Shown here one piece after another: positions 26,575 through 35,047 of a DNA stretch of 39,560 bases (position 1 is its first letter; each line of letters starts with the position of its first letter). The DNA is taken from the NCBI GenBank assembly GCA_017648085.1, contig JAGCJI010000141.1:1-39560 (forward strand). The letters run 5' to 3'. The notes beneath the pieces are model-generated. The model saw only the letters and a program-made list of their open reading frames with translations. It made no database searches and was not told the DNA's origin. Origin of the DNA: Clostridia bacterium (GTDB taxonomy: Bacteria > Bacillota > Clostridia > Oscillospirales > CAG-272). Position numbers and translations under genes: made by a program.

Positions 26575-27972
26575 TCAATTATTTCTTAACCCCTTGGGGT
26601 AGTGATTTTTAATTTTTCCGAGGCTTACCTTTCCACCGCCTATGACCGCGCCCTCGTATTTTACTGCGCACCATCCGCCGTCGGCTGCATTGTGGGAATC
26701 GATTTCCTCGCCGTGCAGATATTTTTCTGCTCTCACATCGCCGCATACAAGCTCCTCGCTTCTTGAAAAAAGCTCTCCGCAAGCCGAGAAAAATTGATGC
26801 GCGGGGTGTAAGAGTCCCTTTTCAACCCTTCCGAGCAAAACTCCCGCTGAAAACACTGAATGGGGCGGTATCGGGTACCCGTGCGATAAAATTACAAGAT
26901 TTTCGCCTATCTTGACTATGCGGCCGCTTGGGGCGGATGTGAGATTTTTCTTAAAAAACAGCTCTACCGCCGCCATCTCATCGCGGCTTGGCGATTTAGC
27001 GGAATCTGAAAAGAGTATTCTCTTTTTCGGCTCGTCGCCGCGCTTCCTTTTAAGAAGCGCGATAAACTGTCCTTCGCCCGGGGATTTGTGAGGATAAAAT
27101 CGGCGCGCATAGTGTAGACTTTTGCACTTTGCGCCCTCAAAGCTTATTCCGTCCGACGTGCATTTTACAACTCCGTCGGTGACGGGAACTATCTCGTAAT
27201 CCTCGTGCTCCGAGAGAAACGAGTCTATTATCATCTCGTTTTCTTCAAGCGAAAACGTGCAGGTGGAATAGAGAAGATATCCCCCCGACTTAACGAGCGA
27301 CGCGGCGTTTTCTATTATATCCCGCTGCCGTCTTGCGCAGGCCAGAACGTTTTCCTCACTCCACTCTCTGACCGCCTCCTCGCTCTTGCGAAACATACCC
27401 TCGCCGGAGCAGGGGACGTCTGCGATTACCAGATCGAAAAATTCGCGGTAAAGCTTTGGCAACTCCTTCGTGTCAAGAGAGGTAACGGTAGCATTTTTTA
27501 CACCGAGCCGTTCAAGATTTGATACCAGAATTTTAGCGCGCTTCGGTACGTATTCGTTTGAAAGCAAGAATCCGTGCTTGATTTTTTCGGCTACCTGGCC
27601 GGATTTTCCACCGGGTGCGGCACACATATCAAGCACGCACCATCCGTCCTCGATTTCCACCGCCGCCGCGGTTGCCATAGCTCCGGGGTCTTGGATATAT
27701 ATCATACCCGCGTGGTGTGCCGCCGTCGTGCCGATCCCTGCCGCGTCATCAAGGATATAGGCGTCCTTGACGTAGGGGACGGGGATGAGGGGGCGGTCGA
27801 TTGCTCTTAAAAAGTCGGCTGAATTCGTTTTCAGGGTGTTTACCCTTGCCGCCTTAACTGATTCCGGCTCGGAAAGCGCGGCGACGAAGGCATCAAGCTC
27901 CTCTCCGAGCAGCTCTGACATTCGTTTTATAAAAGCTTTTTCAAACAAGACACCGCCCCCTTTTTGTTTCAT
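26575..27972 (-). CDS. rsmF: RsmF/NOL1/NOP2 family rRNA m5C methyltransferase
   Basis: YIQDPGAM, LDMCAAPGGKS, DVPCSGEGMFRK, YSTCTF..EENE and KNHYPKGLR. Start is ATG 27972 or TTG 27948. Confidence 0.88.
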   Translation of the reverse strand: MKQKGGGVLFEKAFIKRMSELLGEELDAFVAALSEPESVKAARVNTLKTNSADFLRAIDRPLIPVPYVKDAYILDDAAGIGTTAAHHAGMIYIQDPGAMATAAAVEIEDGWCVLDMCAAPGGKSGQVAEKIKHGFLLSNEYVPKRAKILVSNLERLGVKNATVTSLDTKELPKLYREFFDLVIADVPCSGEGMFRKSEEAVREWSEENVLACARRQRDIIENAASLVKSGGYLLYSTCTFSLEENEMIIDSFLSEHEDYEIVPVTDGVVKCTSDGISFEGAKCKSLHYARRFYPHKSPGEGQFIALLKRKRGDEPKKRILFSDSAKSPSRDEMAAVELFFKKNLTSAPSGRIVKIGENLVILSHGYPIPPHSVFSAGVLLGRVEKGLLHPAHQFFSACGELFSRSEELVCGDVRAEKYLHGEEIDSHNAADGGWCAVKYEGAVIGGGKVSLGKIKNHYPKGLRNN

Positions 27973-27980
27973 ACTAAAAT

Positions 27981-28054
27981 ATTATATCCTATCTTGCGTG
28001 TAAAGTCAATATATTTAAAATATAATTGACTTGTGGGAAATTAAGTGCTATACT
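27981..28054. promoter_or_regulatory. Back-to-back sigma-A promoters (rsmF operon -, M16 peptidase +)
   Basis: Minus: TTGACT(28009-28004)-17-TATAAT(27986-27981). Plus: TTGACT(28026-28031)-17-TGnTATACT(28049-28054). Confidence 0.75.
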
Positions 28055-28075
28055 AGATAGAAAAGGAGGTGCAAT

Positions 28076-29341
28076 ATGGAAAAAAGCTATATTTCCAAAA
28101 ACGGAATACCGATATATACCTATAAAAATCCGCATCAGCACGGCTTTTTCATATCCCTCTTTTTGCGCGCAGGAAGTATGTACGAGGAGGCGGGAGAGTG
28201 CGGAATTACGCACTTTCTTGAGCATGCGATCATTCGCAACGTAAATCGCGTAATGGACGAGGGGCTTTATCCGCTGCTTGATAAGTACGGCATTGAGTTC
28301 AACGCCTCAACGTTTAGTGAGATGGTGCAGATCTACGTGTCGGGTGCTACCAAAAATTTTAAGCACGGCGCAAATATTATATCAAAAACGCTCCTGCCGC
28401 TTGCCCTTACGGGCGAGGATCTGAAGGCGGAGCGCGATAGGATCAAGGCGGAAATCAGAGAGTCTGATGAGGCATCCTCGCTCGCATCCTTTGCTTCCAA
28501 AATAGTCAACGAGGGCACGTCTCTTTCCCGACCAATCCTCGGCACTCTCGGCGGTGTGTCAAAGATAACCCTTCGCCGTCTTGAAGAATACAGAAGGCGA
28601 GTTTTCACCCCCGAAAACATGTTTTTTTACGTCACTGGCAATTTTGCCGATTCGGATATAGAAAGCCTCTCTCTTCTTGTGTCGGGCGCAAGCATAAATA
28701 GGGGCGATGAACGCCGTAACGAAGCACCCGTGTCGGAAAAATTCGGCAAAAGAGGGGGACAGATCCATATAAAAAACGGGGAAGGAATGATCGTACGCTT
28801 TAATTTTGACCTGGACGTTTCGGCTCTCGGCATGCCCGTCACCGATCTTTTGTACGATGCGCTCCTTACGGGATATAACTCGGATTTCTTTATTGAAATG
28901 AGCGAAAAGCGCGGGCTGTTTTACGATCTCTCCGGTTCGGTCGAGCGATACAAAAATATCGGTACTCTCTCCTTTTCCTACGAGGTGCGCTCGGACGCGC
29001 TTTACGAGGCTGTGGACCTGACTCTTGACATTCTTAAAAGGATGAGAGAGGAGCTTATGCGTGAGGACGGGTGTATGAAAGCGGGATACGTTGATAATGC
29101 CATGATGCTATACGATGACGCACGCGAGCTTAATTTTACTATGGCATACGACAATCATATTATGAACAACGCTTACGCATCTCTCAAAGAGCGCGCAGAG
29201 CGCTATCGCGCAGTTACCGCTCGCGATATTCGCGATGCCGCACGCCGCATTTTCACACGGGATAACCTAACGCTTACAGTGAAGGGAAACAAGAAGAAAA
29301 TAGACAAAGAGAAACTCGCGACGCTTGTCGGCAAGCTTTAA
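28076..29341 (+). CDS. M16 (pitrilysin/insulinase) family zinc peptidase
   Basis: GSMYE, inverted zinc motif HFLEH, FNAST, PILGT and EKRGLFY; AGGAGG SD. Confidence 0.88.
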   Translation: MEKSYISKNGIPIYTYKNPHQHGFFISLFLRAGSMYEEAGECGITHFLEHAIIRNVNRVMDEGLYPLLDKYGIEFNASTFSEMVQIYVSGATKNFKHGANIISKTLLPLALTGEDLKAERDRIKAEIRESDEASSLASFASKIVNEGTSLSRPILGTLGGVSKITLRRLEEYRRRVFTPENMFFYVTGNFADSDIESLSLLVSGASINRGDERRNEAPVSEKFGKRGGQIHIKNGEGMIVRFNFDLDVSALGMPVTDLLYDALLTGYNSDFFIEMSEKRGLFYDLSGSVERYKNIGTLSFSYEVRSDALYEAVDLTLDILKRMREELMREDGCMKAGYVDNAMMLYDDARELNFTMAYDNHIMNNAYASLKERAERYRAVTARDIRDAARRIFTRDNLTLTVKGNKKKIDKEKLATLVGKL

Positions 29342-29345
29342 AAAT

Positions 29346-29381
29346 AAAAGCAGGACGTGGAAATTCCAAATCCTGCTTTTT
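29346..29381. terminator. Bidirectional terminator
   Basis: AAAAGCAGGA...TCCTGCTTTTT between convergent genes. Confidence 0.7.
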
Positions 29382-29420
29382 CCTATTTAGTGGCACGGCG
29401 TGTCGCGTTTTTGCCGCGTT

Positions 29421-30539
29421 TTATTTATTTTCTTCCTTGGAGATGTACTTGAGGTATGCGTTTATAAATCCGTCTATCTCTCCGTCCATCACCGCGTCTA
29501 TATTTCCATCCTCATATCCCGTGCGGGTATCCTTTGCAAGTGTGTATGGCATAAATACGTAGCTGCGTATCTGGCTACCCCACTCAATATTTGCCTTGTT
29601 GCCCTGAATATCCTCGATTCTCTCAAGCTTTTCGCGCATCTTGATCTCCATAAGCTTGGATTTGAGCATCTTCATTGCAGTTTCCTTGTTCTGAAGCTGG
29701 CTTCTCTCGGTCTGACATCCGACCACGATACCCGTGGGCTTATGCACTATTCTGATGGCGGAGTCGGTTTTGTTGATGTGCTGACCGCCCGCGCCGCTGG
29801 AGCGATGCGCCGTAATCTCGATGTCCTCGTCGCGTATAACGATGGAATCGTCGTCCTCGAACTCCGGCATTACCTCAACCGATGAGAAGGAGGTATGTCT
29901 GCGCCCCGAGGAGTCAAAGGGGGATATTCTTACAAGACGGTGAACGCCGTTTTCACTCTTAAGGTATCCGTATGCGTTCGGACCCTCTACCATGATCGTG
30001 GCGGATTTTATGCCTGCCTCGTCACCGTCAAGCCAGTCTATCAGCTTAACGTTAAAGCCGTGACTCTCACCCCAACGGGTGTATAGGCGGTAGAGCATAG
30101 ACGCCCAGTCCTGCGCCTCCGTGCCGCCCGCACCGGGGTGGAAGGATACTATCGCGTTGTTTTTATCGTAAGGGCCGGAAAGCAGGACCTCGATTCTTTT
30201 CTTTTCGGCCTCTGTTTCCACAAAATTGGTTTCGGAAACCACCTCGTCAACCGAATCCTCGTCGTTTGCCTCTATTGCCATCTCGCAAAGGGTAAGGGCG
30301 TCGAGCAACCTGGATTTCAGGTCCTCGTAGCTTTCCACCTTCGTCTTTAATTGCTTTATTTCTTGAAGCTTTTTGGAGGATTTTTCGGCGTCGTTCCAAA
30401 AATCCTGCACCAAGGTCTCGCGCTCAAGGTCTGCCGCGCGCTCCTTCGCCTCGTCTATCCTCAACTGATTGCCAAGCTCCTCAACCGTATCCTGAAGCTC
30501 AACAAGTTTTCTTTTCGCTTCTTCAAGCGCAACTATCAT
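29421..30539 (-). CDS. prfB: Peptide chain release factor 2, encoded in a single uninterrupted frame
   Basis: GAGGTEAQDW, HRLVRISPFD (SPF anticodon mimic), GAGGQHINKT and WGSQIRSY; GAGG SD before the ATG at 30539. Confidence 0.96.
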   Translation of the reverse strand: MIVALEEAKRKLVELQDTVEELGNQLRIDEAKERAADLERETLVQDFWNDAEKSSKKLQEIKQLKTKVESYEDLKSRLLDALTLCEMAIEANDEDSVDEVVSETNFVETEAEKKRIEVLLSGPYDKNNAIVSFHPGAGGTEAQDWASMLYRLYTRWGESHGFNVKLIDWLDGDEAGIKSATIMVEGPNAYGYLKSENGVHRLVRISPFDSSGRRHTSFSSVEVMPEFEDDDSIVIRDEDIEITAHRSSGAGGQHINKTDSAIRIVHKPTGIVVGCQTERSQLQNKETAMKMLKSKLMEIKMREKLERIEDIQGNKANIEWGSQIRSYVFMPYTLAKDTRTGYEDGNIDAVMDGEIDGFINAYLKYISKEENK

Positions 30540-30571
30540 ATCTTAAACCTCTCATAACGTATTACGGGGAT

Positions 30572-30650
30572 ATTTTAACATATATTTATAAAATTGTAAA
30601 GAGTATGCGCGAAAATATCTATTGATTTTTGCTTTGCTTTATGATATACT
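30572..30650. promoter_or_regulatory. Divergent sigma-A promoters (prfB -, DUF1858-trmK-nif3 +)
   Basis: Minus: TTTACA(30600-30595)-17-TAAAAT(30577-30572). Plus: TTGATT(30622-30627)-17-TGnTATACT(30645-30650). Confidence 0.55.
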
Positions 30651-30686
30651 GTTACCGAAAATAAAATTTTGAAAGGTAAATGAAAA

Positions 30687-30887
30687 ATGAAAGTAACAAA
30701 AGACACGCTTATCGGCGATATTCTTGACTTTGACGTTGAAACCGCTCAATTCTTTTTTGAGATAGGCATGCACTGCCTCGGTTGCCCCCATTCGAGAGGT
30801 GAATCGATAGAGGACGCTTGTATGGTTCACGGAACCGATGCAGACGCGCTCGTTAATAAAATTAACGCGTTCCTTGCAAGTAAGTGA
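30687..30887 (+). CDS. DUF1858 domain small protein (hybrid-cluster-associated redox disulfide type)
   Basis: TKDTLIGDIL and GMHCLGCPHSRGESIEDACMVHG. Confidence 0.85.
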   Translation: MKVTKDTLIGDILDFDVETAQFFFEIGMHCLGCPHSRGESIEDACMVHGTDADALVNKINAFLASK

Positions 30888-31573
30888 AGCTCGGAGTTTT
30901 AGGAAAACGCCTGCTTTGCGCATCGAATTTCGTACGGCAGGATGCATATCTGGCTGACATAGGCACAGATCACGCATACCTGCCGCTTTTTTTGCTTGAT
31001 GCGGGAAGAATAGTGGGCGCGGTCTGCTCGGATATAAATTCCGCGCCTCTTGAGTCGGCTAAACGGAACGCCGCACTTTACGGGCACGCGGAGAAGATAA
31101 AATTCGTGTTGGCGGACGGTGCCGGGGCACTTGCGGACATGGGTATTACTGATTACACGGTGTGCGGCATGGGGGGCGAGCTGATTGCCGACATAATAGA
31201 GCGCGCACCGCAGCTTAAGTCGGGGGACGTGCGACTTATTTTGCAGCCTATGACCAAGCACGCGCATCTGCGCAGATACCTTGCCGCCGCCGGATTTTCG
31301 GTGCTTGCAGAGGCGTATTCGAAGGACGCGGGCAAGTTTTACGTTACCGTTGTTGCGGAGTATGACGGAAGGCAACGTGAGATATCAAATCTTGAAGCGG
31401 AACTTGGAAAAATTGAGAAAAACAAAATATCCGCCGAGCAGGCGGGATTTATAAAAGCGAGAGTTGCCTCGCTTAAGCGCGCTGCGCTCGGAAAGGGCGC
31501 GGGCGGCGATGATTCTTACGAGGCAAGTGTTTTAAGAGAGTATGAAAAAGTAGTGGGAGAGATTGAAGTATGA
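30884..31573 (+). CDS. trmK: tRNA (adenine22-N1)-methyltransferase
   Basis: ADIGTDHAYLP, DG, CGMGGELI and LILQPM; adjacent to nif3, as usual in Firmicutes. Confidence 0.9.
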   Translation: MKLGVLGKRLLCASNFVRQDAYLADIGTDHAYLPLFLLDAGRIVGAVCSDINSAPLESAKRNAALYGHAEKIKFVLADGAGALADMGITDYTVCGMGGELIADIIERAPQLKSGDVRLILQPMTKHAHLRRYLAAAGFSVLAEAYSKDAGKFYVTVVAEYDGRQREISNLEAELGKIEKNKISAEQAGFIKARVASLKRAALGKGAGGDDSYEASVLREYEKVVGEIEV

Positions 31574-32328
31574 ACGTAAAAAAGCTCTACGACAAGCTTT
31601 CGGAGCTTATTCCCGAGAATCTTCGTGAGGAGTGGGACAACGACGGAATTATGTGCGCCCAAGACTATTCCGCCGAGGTAAACAACGTCCTTATTACCCT
31701 GGACGTAACCGAGGAAATAGTCGATTATGCTATAAGCCGCAATTTTGATCTTATCATATCCCATCATCCCCTGATATTTAAGCCTCTCTCAAGGCTGACC
31801 GAGGAGGACCACGTCGCAAGAAAGGTTATAAAGCTTCTCGCAAATAACGTTTCGGTGTTTTCCTTCCACACAAGGCTTGATCGCGTGGAGGGCGGTGTTA
31901 ACGATATCCTTGCCGAGAGGATCGGTCTTACCGACATAGAACCGTTTGGCGACGGGCTCGGCAGAATAGGAAATTTACCCGAGGAAAAAATTCTTGACGA
32001 CTTTGCCGAAACGGTAAAGGAGCGACTCGGTGCTGACGGCGTCAGGGTTGCGGACGCATACAACCCCGTAAAGCGCGTTGCGCTTGTTGGTGGCGACGGC
32101 AAGGGGTACGTCGGCGCAGCTGTCGCGGCGGGTGCTGACACCTATCTTTCCGGCAGAATCGGGTATAACGTTATGGAGGAGGCTAACGAGTGCGGGATCA
32201 ATCTTGTTGAGGCCGGTCATTACTTTACAGAATTCCCGATAACCTCCTACTTATCCGCACTAGTGTCATCTCTTGACGGAAACGCCTACGTGGAAATAGC
32301 CGATTCCAATGCTATAAAGCTTATATAA
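31570..32328 (+). CDS. Nif3-like dinuclear metal centre protein (YqfO/YbgI)
   Basis: WDNDG, LDVT, SHHPLIF, HTRLD, GGVND and AGHYFTE. Confidence 0.92.
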   Translation: MNVKKLYDKLSELIPENLREEWDNDGIMCAQDYSAEVNNVLITLDVTEEIVDYAISRNFDLIISHHPLIFKPLSRLTEEDHVARKVIKLLANNVSVFSFHTRLDRVEGGVNDILAERIGLTDIEPFGDGLGRIGNLPEEKILDDFAETVKERLGADGVRVADAYNPVKRVALVGGDGKGYVGAAVAAGADTYLSGRIGYNVMEEANECGINLVEAGHYFTEFPITSYLSALVSSLDGNAYVEIADSNAIKLI

Positions 32329-32338
32329 ATGGAAAAAT

Positions 32339-32376
32339 AAAGTGCTTACGAATTGCCGTAAGCACTTTTCTTTTTT
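32339..32376. terminator. Bidirectional terminator
   Basis: AAAGTGCTTACG-AATTGC-CGTAAGCACTTT followed by a T-tract. Confidence 0.8.
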
Positions 32377-32380
32377 AAGC

Positions 32381-33307
32381 CTATACCTCGCCCCGTGTCG
32401 TGATTTTTGCTAAAAAACCCTGCCTTTCGGCTTCAAGACGCGCGACCTCTTCGCTTATCTCGGCCATCAGTGCCTGCCCCGGAGGTAACAGGGGCAGTCG
32501 CACCTCGGGGGAAGAGAGACCGACAAGGCTCATCGCGTATTTAATGGGGGAAGGGTTGGTTTCCGCAAACATCAGCTTTGTGAACGGGAGGATTGCAAGC
32601 TGACCTGTAAGCGACCTTCTTCGCCTCCCTATGAAGTAGGAGCGGCATATGTCTGAAATTTTTTCGGGATAAATATTCGATACGACCGAAATAACTCCCT
32701 TGCCACCAAGGGCGAGAACCTCGTATATCTGTGAGTCACATCCTGCGTAAAGATACAGTTCCGAGCCGAACGATGCAAGCTCGGTCAGTCTGTCTGCGGA
32801 GTCACCCGCCTCTTTTATTCCCACGATACTTTCTCTCTTTGCCAGCATCTCAAGCTGCTTTAAGGTAAGATTTACTCCCGTACGTCCGGGTACGTTATAA
32901 AGTATAATAGGCGTGTCGGATAGCGCGGCAAGCCTTTCGTAATGCTCCACCACACCGGGATGAGTGCCCTTGTTATAGTACGGCGTAACCACCAGAACGG
33001 CGTCGCAGCCTATACGCGTCGCCTCTTTCGTGCGGCGTATCGCCTCATCAGTGTCGTTAGTGCCCGTGCCGAATATTATTTTGACACGCCCCGCCACCTT
33101 TTGCTTAACGAAGGCGAAAAGCTCGCTTCGCTCTCCGTCCTTTAAGGTGGGTGCCTCTCCCGTCGTGCCTGCTACTGCAAGTGCCTCCGTGCCTCCGAGT
33201 ATTTGCCGTTCGATAAGCGCACCGAGCGCCTCGTAGTCTATTTTGCCCGATTTCATAGGGGTTACCAGCGCGCAGCACGCGCCTCGGAAAATCATTTTTT
33301 TCGCCAT
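32381..33307 (-). CDS. dapA: 4-hydroxy-tetrahydrodipicolinate synthase
   Basis: ALVTP, GTTGE, VTPYYNK, LYNVPGRTG, GIKEA, GVISV.SN and ETNPSPIK. Start placed at MAKK (33307). Confidence 0.9.
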   Translation of the reverse strand: MAKKMIFRGACCALVTPMKSGKIDYEALGALIERQILGGTEALAVAGTTGEAPTLKDGERSELFAFVKQKVAGRVKIIFGTGTNDTDEAIRRTKEATRIGCDAVLVVTPYYNKGTHPGVVEHYERLAALSDTPIILYNVPGRTGVNLTLKQLEMLAKRESIVGIKEAGDSADRLTELASFGSELYLYAGCDSQIYEVLALGGKGVISVVSNIYPEKISDICRSYFIGRRRRSLTGQLAILPFTKLMFAETNPSPIKYAMSLVGLSSPEVRLPLLPPGQALMAEISEEVARLEAERQGFLAKITTRGEV

Positions 33308-33320
33308 TTTCTGACTACCC

Positions 33321-33349
33321 TTGAAAAATTTAAAATATTCGTGTATAAT
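33321..33349 (+). promoter_or_regulatory. sigma-A promoter for queA
   Basis: TTGAAA(33321-33326)-17-TATAAT(33344-33349). Confidence 0.65.
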
Positions 33350-33397
33350 ATACACAATAATATTTTATGAAAGCGATGCCCCCTTGGTACGTAGTAT

Positions 33398-34480
33398 ATG
33401 AAACAGATAGAAAAAGAAATAGTAAACGAAAGAGTAGCGACGGCACTTGAAACCTCGGATTTTTATTACGAGCTGCCGCAGGAGCTTATTGCACAAACCC
33501 CCTCCCCTGAGCGCGACGGATGTCGCCTTATGGTGATCGATAGAGGCGCGGACACCCGAGAGCACAAGGTGTTTTCGGATATAATAGATTATCTTGATCC
33601 CGCCGATATGCTCGTCGTGAATTCCTCAAAGGTTATCCCGGCACGCCTGCTCGGGAAAACCGAAAAAACGGGCGCGGATATGGAGCTGTTATTGCTCCGA
33701 ATGCTTGACACAGGTGAGTGGGAAACGCTTGTTCGTCCCGGAAAACGCGCAAAGGTTGGTGCTGCGTTTGATTTTGCGGGAATTTTGCGGGCGACCGTGA
33801 CGGGCATCGTAGAGGGTGGAAACCGAACCGTTAAATTTGACTACGACGCTTCGCGTTACGCGAGCATCTACGAGGTGCTGGATGAGGTCGGCAATATGCC
33901 TCTTCCCCCCTACATAACCGCGAAGCTTGAGGACAAAAGCCATTATCAGACGGTTTATGCAAAGGCGGAGGGCTCTGCCGCCGCACCTACGGCAGGACTC
34001 CATTTTACGCGTGAGCTGATTGAGCGCATAAAAGCAAAAGGCGTCGGGTACGGAGAGGTTACCCTGCACGTCGGGCTCGGCACGTTCCGTCCCGTTAAGG
34101 TCGATAAAATAGAGGAGCATCTTATGCACTCTGAACATTTTTACGTGCCCGATGACGTTGCGGAGGAAATAAATCGCCGCCGCGCTCTCGGTGGCAGAAT
34201 TATCGCGGTTGGCACGACCTCCTGCCGTGTTCTTGAAAGCGCGTCCGACTCCTCCGGCAAGGTACATGCCGTGCGCGGTGAAACAGCCATATTTATATAT
34301 CCCGGCTATAAATTTAAGGCGACCGATGCCTTGATAACGAATTTTCACCTTCCCGAAAGCACCTTAATAATGCTCGTCAGCGCCCTAGCGAGCAAAGAAC
34401 GTGTTATGGCGGCTTACGAAGAGGCGGTAGCTGAAAGGTATCGGTTCTTTTCCTTTGGCGACGCGATGCTGATTGTATAA
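33398..34480 (+). CDS. queA: S-adenosylmethionine:tRNA ribosyltransferase-isomerase
   Basis: LPQELIAQTP, PLPPYI, YQTVYA, AAPTAGLHF, LHVGLGTF, AVGTT, TNFHLPEST and YRFFSFGDAMLI. The exact start is uncertain. Confidence 0.96.
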   Translation: MKQIEKEIVNERVATALETSDFYYELPQELIAQTPSPERDGCRLMVIDRGADTREHKVFSDIIDYLDPADMLVVNSSKVIPARLLGKTEKTGADMELLLLRMLDTGEWETLVRPGKRAKVGAAFDFAGILRATVTGIVEGGNRTVKFDYDASRYASIYEVLDEVGNMPLPPYITAKLEDKSHYQTVYAKAEGSAAAPTAGLHFTRELIERIKAKGVGYGEVTLHVGLGTFRPVKVDKIEEHLMHSEHFYVPDDVAEEINRRRALGGRIIAVGTTSCRVLESASDSSGKVHAVRGETAIFIYPGYKFKATDALITNFHLPESTLIMLVSALASKERVMAAYEEAVAERYRFFSFGDAMLIV

Positions 34481-34975
34481 ATCGTCCAATACTGTGTTAA
34501 AACTTCGACTCGGTCAAATCGCCGTAGGATACTACGGCTTCATTTCCCTCGCTCGTTTTGCCTTGTCTTGAACGATTTCTCCTAATCAGCAATATATCTT
34601 GTACGGTAAGGCTATGCGGGTGCGATGCTGATTGTATAAAATCCGCAATACTGCGTTAAAGCTTCGACTTGTCGTCCTCGACGTAGGCAACTACGCCGTC
34701 GGGCTCCGCGCTCGCTTTGCCTTGTCTTGCGAATTTTCTACTAACCAGCATAATTGTCTTATATATAAAATCCGCAATACTGCGTTAAAGCTTCGACTTG
34801 TCGTCCTCGACGTAGGTAACTACGCCGTCGGGCTCCGCGCTCGCTTTGCCTTGCCTTGCGAATTTTCTACTAACCAGCATAATTGTCTTATATATAAAAT
34901 CCGCAATACTGCGTTAAAGCTTCGACTTGTCGCCCCCTTACGCCGTGTCTACGCCAATTGCTACTAACCGGCAAT
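34463..34975. repeat. Array of about 125-nt imperfect long-hairpin elements (1 diverged copy, 2 near-identical copies at 129-bp period, 1 partial or decayed copy)
   Basis: TATAAAATCCGCAATACTGCGTTAAAGCTTCGACTTGTCG recurs at 34635, 34764 and 34893; a diverged copy lies at 34467-34591; each copy is self-complementary around a CGTAG-N4-CTACG apex. Confidence 0.9.
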
Positions 34976-35047
34976 TTCGTTTTGTATATCGTCGGCTTGG
35001 TAGATGTAATATTGATTGTATAATTTACTCCATACGGAGATCTAACT

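Noticed and set aside
33308-33397. Lysine riboswitch before dapA or preQ1 riboswitch before queA
   Set aside because: The spacer is too short and AT-rich for a lysine aptamer, and no preQ1 consensus was seen.
34632-34967. 111-aa ORF made of 43-aa repeats
   Set aside because: It is a by-product of the 129-bp (3n) repeat period. It has no convincing SD, and copy 1 conserves base-pairing rather than codons.
34463-34975. CRISPR array, integron attC array or type III antitoxin repeats
   Set aside because: There are no unique spacers, and the units are far longer than CRISPR or toxI repeats. There are no RYYYAAC/GTTRRRY ends or cassette ORFs, and no cas, integrase or toxin gene in the window.
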